DNA from: Oceanispirochaeta sp.
GTDB taxonomy: Bacteria; Spirochaetota; Spirochaetia; DSM-2461
Reading direction: 5' to 3'
Assembly (NCBI GenBank): GCA_963666275.2
Contig: CAXXOA010000002.1
Location: 2,219,697-2,283,696 of the forward strand
DNA: 64,000 bases
Positions 30,900 through 38,040 of the stretch are shown here, in pieces; the first letter of the stretch is position 1; each line of letters opens with the position of its first letter. A program made the translations under genes and the position numbers. Under the pieces are notes generated by a model. It was not told the origin of the DNA. It did not search any database and saw only the letters and a list, made by a program, of their open reading frames with translations.

Positions 30900-31625
30900 A
30901 TGGACTCCTATAGAATCATTTCTTTAGTCGAATATATCCAGCTGATTCATCGGGGTCAGCTGGATAAAACTCTCTACTCCTGGTTTGAAAGTGACTTAAA
31001 GGATTGCACCCCCTTTGAGGTGAATATTGCGATTGAAAATCTTTTGATCCGCTATAAGGATGTCCTGGTGGTTGAAAAAACCATTGCCCGGTTTATCCGG
31101 GCTGCCTCGATCGGGCTGGATCAGTTTCAGCCTCCTGAGTACAGGACTGATACAATCTTTTCTATTCTTGTGAGGGAAAACAGAGTTATTCAGTCTCTCC
31201 TGGCAGATCTTAAAAGGAGATTTCTACAAGTACTTCCGGATTTGAAACAGAATAACTCCTCTGAAAAGGAGGGATTTCTGGAGGAAATCAGAAAACTGGA
31301 AGCCATCAAATCCCATTACCTGAAACTGCAATATGGACTGTTTTCCGCCCTGGAGTCAGTAGGCGCTCCAACACTCTGTATCAAACTGATGTGGCATCTG
31401 CAGGATTCTGTATTGCATCTGCAAAATGAGTGCATGGACTTGATTAGTACAGAGGAATGGGACTTCAACAGATTCAATAAAGTGTACGGCCAGATGTATT
31501 TTCTTCTGGGGACTCTGCTGTATCGGGAGGAAAAGATCCTGTATCCGGTAGCTTATTCCATACTCCCGGAATCTCTTCAGACAGAACTGGTAACAGAGAC
31601 GGATTCCTATGGAACTCTGTTTTGA
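30900..31625 (+). CDS. Degenerate DUF438/hemerythrin-like protein
   Basis: EN, HY.K...LF, LMW..Q and EEKILYP motifs parallel the upstream gene; ATG directly follows the upstream stop. Confidence 0.65.
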   Translation: MDSYRIISLVEYIQLIHRGQLDKTLYSWFESDLKDCTPFEVNIAIENLLIRYKDVLVVEKTIARFIRAASIGLDQFQPPEYRTDTIFSILVRENRVIQSLLADLKRRFLQVLPDLKQNNSSEKEGFLEEIRKLEAIKSHYLKLQYGLFSALESVGAPTLCIKLMWHLQDSVLHLQNECMDLISTEEWDFNRFNKVYGQMYFLLGTLLYREEKILYPVAYSILPESLQTELVTETDSYGTLF

Positions 31626-31671
31626 GGATTAAATACTATGTTTTTCGAGAGCCGGAAAACGTTGTCTGAGA

Positions 31672-31899
31672 AGAGCTTTTTTACACTATTTTCTGACCCC
31701 GATTGAATAAGAAATTTCCCATGAATAAACAGATCCTAAAAATATCAGGGTCAATATCAGGGTCAGTAGTTGAAAAGTAGAAAAAATGGTTATAAATAAA
31801 AAACCCAGTAAGCGAGGTATTTGCTTACTGGGTAATTATTTAACAAATGCGGTAGACTGGACTTGAACCAGCACAGCCTTGCGACCACTAGCCCCTCAA
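31672..31899 (-). repeat. att junction: duplicated tRNA-Leu 3' half plus diverged copy of the 36482..36709 arm
   Basis: 31850-31899 is identical to 36660-36709 (50 bp, ending at the anticodon loop). The flanking ~180 bp is homologous, including the terminator and the 12-bp tandem repeats. Confidence 0.92.
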
Positions 31900-32023
31900 T
31901 TCAGGGTATGTGGTTATGTGGTACATATAGGGCTATCTGGAGCTGTATATCAAAGCTTATGTCGTATGATCTCAATATATGGCTTCTGGGTTTATATAAT
32001 AAGAGGGTCAATATCGCGGTCAG

Positions 32024-32275
32024 TTATTTTGCATAATGCTCTGTATAGTTGTCCAGTACTTTGCGGATAAGCTGCTGATAGGGAATATGATTTTCATGAG
32101 CGGCACTTTTAAAGAAATCCACACTTCGCTTGGATAGAGAAATCGTTATCTTCCGGGTTTCTTCTTTTGCAATTAATTGTTCAGGCGGTGGAAGAAAATC
32201 CTCTATTTCCGTTGCACTCAGAAGAGCATTTTCAATCTCCTCAGGAGCTTCTGTATATTTACTGTTTTTGTTCAT
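32024..32275 (-). CDS. brnA: BrnA/CopG-like antitoxin
   Basis: DFLPPPEQL...KITISLS...VDFFK...IPYQQLIR; overlaps the toxin stop. Confidence 0.85.
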   Translation of the reverse strand: MNKNSKYTEAPEEIENALLSATEIEDFLPPPEQLIAKEETRKITISLSKRSVDFFKSAAHENHIPYQQLIRKVLDNYTEHYAK

Positions 32276-32528
32276 ACAATTTCCTCCCGGTTCTCCAGAA
32301 TCCGGCTCCGAATATCCGGATGTTTTCCTTTCTCATTGTAAAACGAACTGTTACAATACCATCCTCAATCTTTCCAATACAGAAATACCTGTCTTCATTT
32401 TGGCTATGCTTCTCATCCTTAAGAATGATACGATGCTTATCAAAGAAGGCATATTGAGCTTCATTGAATGAGACATTGTGCTTTTCGCTGTTTTCCTTGT
32501 CTTTATTCTCATCCCATTCAAATGTCAT
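32259..32528 (-). CDS. brnT: BrnT-family ribonuclease toxin
   Basis: FEWDENKDKENSEKHNVSFNEA, HSQNEDRY, IRIFGA. Confidence 0.92.
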   Translation of the reverse strand: MTFEWDENKDKENSEKHNVSFNEAQYAFFDKHRIILKDEKHSQNEDRYFCIGKIEDGIVTVRFTMRKENIRIFGAGFWRTGRKLYEQKQ

Positions 32529-32683
32529 ACATATATTTTACCATATTTTTGCCCATATGGCAATTTCAATTCTGATTTGCAATAATCATTAGATCTTATT
32601 GGGGATTCCTCTATAGATTTATTCTAATACTCTCATCCAGGACCTAGCCACAATTCCACAATCTGATATATCTTCGTTCTCCT

Positions 32684-32721
32684 ATGTCAAAAAGTGGAAA
32701 CTATTCAAAATACACTACAGA
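32684..32721 (+). pseudogene. Original 5' end of the DDE transposase gene, separated by the IS21 insertion
   Basis: ATG TCA AAA...ACT ACA GA reads MSKSGNYSKYTT(D) and continues in frame at 35003 (DFKIAVKLG) once the IS and one ACAGA copy are removed. Confidence 0.75.
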
Positions 32722-32835
32722 TGTCAATTTTCAGAATGTTGACCCCCTCGTTTTCGCAATCGTGACCCCCTGAAATTCGGTATGCTGCCCCCCTTGAAAT
32801 AAGCATCAGTTATCCTTTGTAGGACGGAGGAGCTG

Positions 32836-34143
32836 ATGGATAAAAGGGAGTTAGAAATGTACAAATTGGAAGACGCTGTAAAAGCCCTTTTGGAGAACAC
32901 TCCAATCAAGCAAATTGCCCGTCGACAAAAGATCTCAAAGAACACCGTTAAAAAATATCGGAACCAATTGGAATCGATTCTGTCTGAAAAACCTTGGATC
33001 AGAAATGATCTATCTGAAATCATGACGGAGTTCCGGAACTACCGGAAGAAGGAAAGATACTCTGAAAACCATGGATGGCTGGAATCCCATGAAAAACTTG
33101 TAGATGAACTGGCACTCAATTGCGAGAACTACGTCAGACTTTTACAAGTTTTACAGGAAAAAGGATTCGGTGGTAGTTACTCGTCTCTCATGAGATATGT
33201 TGTGAAAAACTCAGAGGTTAAAGGTCGTCCGATTTTCAGGATTGAAAGCAAACCAGGAGAAATCGCTCATGTTGATTTTGGATATGCCGGAAAGATCTAC
33301 GATGAAATCTCTGAGAAGGAAATCAAGGCCTATGTTTTCGTCATGGTCCTGGGGTTTTCTCGGGATGCCTACTATGAAATCGTCAGAAGTCAGGATATCA
33401 AAACATGGTGCCTGTGCCATATTCATGCCTTTGAACATTTCGGAGGAGTTCCTTGGATCATCATCCCGGACAACCTGAAAAGCGCTATCATCAAAGCGGC
33501 GTACTGTGATCCTCTTCCCAATAAAAGCTATTCCGATCTGGCAAAACATTACGGATTTCAAATAGATCCCTGTATCGCCGGAGTACCAGAGCACAAAGGG
33601 AAGGTCGAATCCGGTGTAAAATACGTGAAAAATAACTTTCTTCCCTTGAGGACTTTCAAGAATTTTGCCGATGCCAACAAGCAGCTTGATGAATGGAATA
33701 GAACTGTTGCCAGAGTCCGGGTACATGGCACGACGAAACAGGTTCCGGCAGAGTTGTTTAAGAAGATCGAAAAAGCAGCGTTGCTTCCTCTGAATACAGA
33801 GCGATTTGAAATCCCCCTTTACAAGGAGCTGAAAGTAGGCCGTGATATCCATATCCAGTTCGATAAAGCCTACTACAGCGTCCCCCATGAGCTGAGGGGG
33901 AAATATGTTCATGGTAGAAAAACGGAGTCTCAGATAGCAATTATCTACGATAATGAGCTTGTTGCAGTCCATTTCCCCATATTTGCAGGGAAAAGACGTA
34001 CCAATAAAGACCATTATCCGCCTGACACCGGCCGGTACATGGAATGGGACACTGAGTACTGTCTCTCAGAGGCAGGAAAGGTTGGAGTCAACACGAGAAG
34101 AATCGTCCACTCTCTTCTCTCCTGTGGAAAGAAAACTCTCTGA
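32836..34143 (+). CDS. istA: IS21 transposase, probably with a C-terminal deletion/frameshift
   Basis: HTH ISKNTVKKY; DDE motifs AHVDFG, PDNLKS and KGKVESGV; YSVP. Confidence 0.9.
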   Translation: MDKRELEMYKLEDAVKALLENTPIKQIARRQKISKNTVKKYRNQLESILSEKPWIRNDLSEIMTEFRNYRKKERYSENHGWLESHEKLVDELALNCENYVRLLQVLQEKGFGGSYSSLMRYVVKNSEVKGRPIFRIESKPGEIAHVDFGYAGKIYDEISEKEIKAYVFVMVLGFSRDAYYEIVRSQDIKTWCLCHIHAFEHFGGVPWIIIPDNLKSAIIKAAYCDPLPNKSYSDLAKHYGFQIDPCIAGVPEHKGKVESGVKYVKNNFLPLRTFKNFADANKQLDEWNRTVARVRVHGTTKQVPAELFKKIEKAALLPLNTERFEIPLYKELKVGRDIHIQFDKAYYSVPHELRGKYVHGRKTESQIAIIYDNELVAVHFPIFAGKRRTNKDHYPPDTGRYMEWDTEYCLSEAGKVGVNTRRIVHSLLSCGKKTL

Positions 34144-34190
34144 CACCTATGCCAGAAGTCTTGATGAACTGCTAAACGGGGAGGTCCTTC

Positions 34191-34919
34191 ATGGAAACGC
34201 ACGCGCAAATTAAATCGAACTTGAAGAATCTGAGACTCTCTTCAATGTATGAGAATTTTGAGCAGAGAGTATCAGAAGCTATCCAGACAAAAATGGGATA
34301 TGCCGACTTCCTTCTCATTCTCACACAGGATGAAATCGACAGGAGAAAAGTCAAAAAGCAGGAACTAAATATCCGAAAAGCAGGCCTTGGCAGATACAAA
34401 AGGTTGCTGGAATTCGACTTCAATTTCAATCCCGACATCAACCGGCAACAAATCCTCCAGTTGGCCAGCTGTGAGTTTATCAAAAAGAATGAAAATATTC
34501 TTTTCGTAGGTCCCACTGGTGTTGGAAAAACATTTCTGTCAAAAGCCATTGCTCATGAAGCTTGCTCGAAGGGGATGTCTGTCATCTTCTCCAGGACAAT
34601 GAAAATGCTGGAATATATTTATTCCGGACATGCTGATAATTCTACAAATAAAAGAATGAAACAGTTCATCAAACCGGACGTGCTCATCCTTGATGACTGG
34701 GGGCTTCAGGCATTCCCGAATAAAATGCTGAATATTCTTAACGAGATCATTTCAGAAAGATATGAACAGGGATCGATAATTGTCACCAGCAACAGACCAC
34801 TGGAAAACTGGGGTGAATTATTTTCAGAACCGGTTGTCAGTTCGGCCCTGCTCGACAGGCTTTTTCATAACGCTCATCGTGTCGTGATTGAAGGTAATAC
34901 TTATAGGAAAATGTTGTGA
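34191..34919 (+). CDS. istB: IS21 helper AAA+ ATPase
   Basis: Walker A GPTGVGKT, Walker B LILDDWG, TSNRP and LDRLFH. Confidence 0.95.
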   Translation: METHAQIKSNLKNLRLSSMYENFEQRVSEAIQTKMGYADFLLILTQDEIDRRKVKKQELNIRKAGLGRYKRLLEFDFNFNPDINRQQILQLASCEFIKKNENILFVGPTGVGKTFLSKAIAHEACSKGMSVIFSRTMKMLEYIYSGHADNSTNKRMKQFIKPDVLILDDWGLQAFPNKMLNILNEIISERYEQGSIIVTSNRPLENWGELFSEPVVSSALLDRLFHNAHRVVIEGNTYRKML

Positions 34920-34982
34920 TCGGAAGTATGATCTATAGTATCTGTAAGAGGGGTCAGCATACCGACAACTGAGGGGTCAGTA

Positions 34983-36356
34983 ATGCGAAAAATGACAACA
35001 GATTTTAAAATAGCCGTAAAGCTGGGAATTGCCGATCCTATCCATGTAAAAGCCCTTCCCCGAAGTACAAGATACAATTTCAGGAAGGCAAGTTATGAAG
35101 AACTCCTGGGACAGGAATATGAAGGGCTGATAGACAGGGTTTCCCAGGTGAAAGAAATCCTGGATTCCAGAACCGCAACAGCCGTTGCCCTGTCTCTGGC
35201 CCGGTTCGCCTTTTTCATTAAAAATATGGGAACCAATATCTCCTCCTTATCAAAAATAAAACAACCTGCTTTGCGGCAGAAGTTTGTTAAACTTGTGAAG
35301 GCTTCAGAAAGGTACATTCCCCGAAAACGGATACTAGATTTTTTTGAAATAAGCTCTCAGCGCTTTGCTAACTGGCAGAGCCATCCCGAAGGCTGCGTTA
35401 GGGCTCCGCATTTTGAAAGTATCAAGCAATACCCTCAGCAACTGACCAATGAGGAAATACAGAAAATTATCAGAGCCTATCGAGACCCGGAAAAATCCAG
35501 TTGGAGTTCCTTTGCCATTGCATCCGATCTTATTAGGCAGAGAACTGTAATGGCCGGTATTTCAACGATTATGGAATACGCACGGAAACTGGGGCTGCAT
35601 AAACGGAAACTCCGGAAGAAGAGGCAGAAAAGGGGTAGTGTAGAAGCCTGTAGGCCCGATGATGTGTGGCATATGGATGTAACCCGTATAGCGTCTGCAG
35701 ATAATATAAACCATTATCTCCATTTGATTATGGACAACTTCTCCCGGAAGATCATCGGATGGCACCTTTCAACCAGTTTACGGGCTTATAATTCCCGTAA
35801 AGTCATTGAACAGGCTATTGGAGGTATGAAGAAGGAAAAAGGGTATGATATCAGTCTCATCACAGACGGGGGACCGGAGAATGACAACTTCACCGTTAAG
35901 AGTTTTATTCAAAATACAGATGTGCAGCTGATCATTGCCCAGAGGGATGTGCATTATTCAAACAGCATGGTGGAAGCGGTCAATAAAACCTTGAAATATC
36001 GCCATATTTTTCCTCATACAGTACCGGAAGCCCTCCGTATGAACAGTTTCATTAACAGGGCAGTCAAAGAGTATAATAATCGTCCGCACAGTAAGCTGCA
36101 GGGACTCACGCCCCATGAGTCCTATGAAGGACAAGTCTGGGATAAAGAACAATTCGCCCATTTAAGAAACGAAGCCAGGGAAAAACGCATGGCTTATAAC
36201 AGAACAGCATGCCCGCCATTGGAGCATGTAGAATATAAAAATGATAAAGCCAACTTTATGATTCCTCTGCTGCCCGAGAAGTATTCCCAATTAAGGGATA
36301 AAAACGGAAATATTGTCACAGTTTCCTGTGTGGGATGTGAAAAATGCAGGAAATAA
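34983..36356 (+). CDS. DDE (rve/integrase-core) transposase, single-ORF type
   Basis: WHMDVT, MDNFSRKIIGW, LITDGGPEN, NSMVEAVNK and YNNRPHS.LQGLTP; C-terminal CxxCxxC. The present start codons lie inside the IS21 right end. Confidence 0.85.
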   Translation: MRKMTTDFKIAVKLGIADPIHVKALPRSTRYNFRKASYEELLGQEYEGLIDRVSQVKEILDSRTATAVALSLARFAFFIKNMGTNISSLSKIKQPALRQKFVKLVKASERYIPRKRILDFFEISSQRFANWQSHPEGCVRAPHFESIKQYPQQLTNEEIQKIIRAYRDPEKSSWSSFAIASDLIRQRTVMAGISTIMEYARKLGLHKRKLRKKRQKRGSVEACRPDDVWHMDVTRIASADNINHYLHLIMDNFSRKIIGWHLSTSLRAYNSRKVIEQAIGGMKKEKGYDISLITDGGPENDNFTVKSFIQNTDVQLIIAQRDVHYSNSMVEAVNKTLKYRHIFPHTVPEALRMNSFINRAVKEYNNRPHSKLQGLTPHESYEGQVWDKEQFAHLRNEAREKRMAYNRTACPPLEHVEYKNDKANFMIPLLPEKYSQLRDKNGNIVTVSCVGCEKCRK

Positions 36357-36421
36357 TAAGAATTATGGGGATTTCTATGATAACCTTGAAACAGTATGAA
36401 TGAGTATAACGTGCCCGGCAG

Positions 36422-36441
36422 ACGTTCCAAATTTGGAACGT
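36422..36441. repeat. Perfect 20-bp palindrome
   Basis: ACGTTCCAAATTTGGAACGT. Confidence 0.85.
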
Positions 36442-36607
36442 TTCTTCCAGAACTGATGGAAACGACCCACGCTGAAATGGGAGAGCTTTTTTACTCATTT
36501 TCTGACCCCGATTGAAGGGAAAATTATCCTTCAAAAAGACAGATCTAAAAAATAAAGGGGTCGATAAAGGGGTCAGTAGTTGAAAAGTTGGAAAATCGGT
36601 TATAAAT

Positions 36608-36643
36608 AAAAAACCCTGTAAGCGAGGTATTTGCTTACAGGGT
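36608..36643 (-). terminator. Intrinsic terminator downstream of tRNA-Leu
   Basis: ACCCTGTAAGC-N9-GCTTACAGGGT with a U-tract on the minus strand. The copy at 31803-31833 has a compensatory base-pair change. Confidence 0.8.
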
Positions 36644-36657
36644 AATCATTTAACAAA

Positions 36658-36741
36658 TACGGTAGACTGGACTTGAACCAGCACAGCCTTGCGACCACTA
36701 GCCCCTCAAGCTAGCGTGTCTACCAATTCCACCACTACCGC
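36658..36741 (-). tRNA. tRNA-Leu(GAG), CCA not encoded
   Basis: GCGGTAG TGGTGGAATTGGTAGACACG CTAGC TT-GAG-GG GCTAG, long variable arm, GTTCAAGT T-loop, CTACCGT-A. Confidence 0.96.
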
Positions 36742-36756
36742 GTTTTGGTATTCGTG

Positions 36757-36785
36757 ATAATATAGAAAGCCCCTTTTTTTGTCAA
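36757..36785 (-). promoter_or_regulatory. tRNA promoter
   Basis: TTGACA-N17-TATTAT on the minus strand. Confidence 0.7.
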
Positions 36786-36879
36786 CGCTGTTTGGAATCT
36801 TTTTTTTCTGCACACACATTTCGACTTAAAAACCCCCTCCGGAACCTGTTTATAAGGATTAAAAAAGCCCGTTAGGAAA

Positions 36880-36907
36880 TTAACAGGATTTTAACAAAGC
36901 CCTTACC
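36880..36907 (+). promoter_or_regulatory. Pho box upstream of pstS
   Basis: TTAACA (36880), TTAACA (36891) and CTTACC (36902) at an 11-bp period. Confidence 0.7.
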
Positions 36908-36988
36908 GAATCCTGATGGACAAACAGGATTATGAGAGCAACTTAAACAGGAAATAAAAAGTCTTAAATGACTAAGGAGTATTAGAAA

Positions 36989-37834
36989 ATGAAAAAAATT
37001 GTTGCAATGCTTATGGTTGTCTGTGTCGCTGCTTTCGCTTTTGCCGGCGGTCAGCAGGAATCTTCTTCCGGCGATACCGGTTTTTCCGGTAACTATGCTT
37101 TCGGCGGTTCCACCACTGTTGAACCTATCATCAGAGCTGCAGCGGAAGCTTTTGAAGAGATGTATCCCGACGTGAAAATCTCCTACGATGCTCCCGGTTC
37201 TTCAGCCGGTGTAAAAGGAGCCCTTGCCGGAACCTATTCTATCGGTGCCGCTTCAAGATCTCTGAAAGACTCTGAAGTATCAGAAGGGGCTGTTCCCACT
37301 GCTGTTGCCAAAGACGGTGTAGCCGTTGTTGTCAATAAAGGTTCTGTTCCCATGGATGATCTTTCCCAGGAAGACGTAACAGCCATCTATGCCGGTGAAA
37401 TCACAAACTGGAGCGAACTGGGCGGACCCGATGCGGAAATCGTTGTCTTCAACAGAGACGAAGCTTCCGGAACCAGATCCTGCTTTGCCGACGCCACAGT
37501 GAAAGAAGTGAAAAAAGATTTTACCGAAACAGCTGCCATCGTAACCTCCAACGGAGACATGGTTGCCAAAGTCGGATCTACCCCCTATGCCATCGGTTAC
37601 TGCGGATTCGGATATCTGGGTAAAGATGCCGGTACAAAATCTGTTACTGTAAATGGTATTGATCCTTCAGAAGAAAATGTTCTCAACGATTCCTATGCCA
37701 TCAAGAGAGATCTGATACTGATCACCAAAGGTGCCGTCCCCGCAGGTTCTCTGGAAGAAGCTTTCATCAACTACATCCTTTCCGAAGAAGGACAGGCTAT
37801 CGTAGCGGAAGAAAAGTTCATCCCCATGAACTAG
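36989..37834 (+). CDS. pstS: Phosphate ABC substrate-binding protein
   Basis: GGSTTV, GSSAG, ASR, NWSELGG and RDEASGTR. Confidence 0.96.
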   Translation: MKKIVAMLMVVCVAAFAFAGGQQESSSGDTGFSGNYAFGGSTTVEPIIRAAAEAFEEMYPDVKISYDAPGSSAGVKGALAGTYSIGAASRSLKDSEVSEGAVPTAVAKDGVAVVVNKGSVPMDDLSQEDVTAIYAGEITNWSELGGPDAEIVVFNRDEASGTRSCFADATVKEVKKDFTETAAIVTSNGDMVAKVGSTPYAIGYCGFGYLGKDAGTKSVTVNGIDPSEENVLNDSYAIKRDLILITKGAVPAGSLEEAFINYILSEEGQAIVAEEKFIPMN

Positions 37835-37863
37835 AAAGTTTCTGAATAAAACTTTCTTATGAC

Positions 37864-37893
37864 AAAGAGGCTGTTTTTACAGCCTCTTTTTTT
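37864..37893 (+). terminator. Intrinsic terminator after pstS
   Basis: AAAGAGGCTG-ttttta-CAGCCTCTTT followed by a T-tract. Confidence 0.85.
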
Positions 37894-37907
37894 ATTGTGT
37901 TATGAAT

Positions 37908-37935
37908 TTAACGGTTTTCTAACATTAGCCTAACA
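37908..37935 (+). promoter_or_regulatory. Pho box upstream of pstC
   Basis: TTAACG (37908), CTAACA (37919) and CTAACA (37930) at an 11-bp period. Confidence 0.65.
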
Positions 37936-38040
37936 ATAAGCCCCTTAAACACATGAAGAATGTGAGTAAATGAGATTTGTATTTAACAAAGAGGTGATTT
38001 CAGACAAATCCCTCACTATGAAAAACAGGAGAAGAATCAA

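Larger units (their letters stand above)
32722..34997 (+). mobile_element. IS21-family element
   Basis: Ends are TGTCAATTTTCAGAATGTTGACCCC and GGGGTCAGTAATGCGAAAAATGACA, with multiple internal TGACCCC repeats at ~23-bp spacing. A 5-bp target duplication ACAGA lies at 32717-32721 and 34998-35002. Confidence 0.93.
31900..36657. mobile_element. ~4.8-kb tRNA-Leu-integrated element lacking a tyrosine integrase
   Basis: Bounded by direct repeats of the tRNA 3' half (offset 4810 bp); cargo is BrnTA, an IS21 and a DDE transposase. Confidence 0.8.

Noticed and set aside
31848..31899. Second tRNA-Leu gene
   Set aside because: Only the 3' half is present; the D arm and 5' acceptor strand are missing. 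It is an att remnant.
32722..36356. Tn7-like or CRISPR-associated transposon (transposase + AAA ATPase + third gene next to a tRNA)
   Set aside because: The IS21 ends and ACAGA duplication close the element at 34997. The third gene is a separate, interrupted DDE transposase, not TniQ/TnsD or Cas.
36404..36480. Integron attC site (GTATAAC plus palindrome)
   Set aside because: There is no matching GTTRRRY end, no cassette array and no intI in the window.
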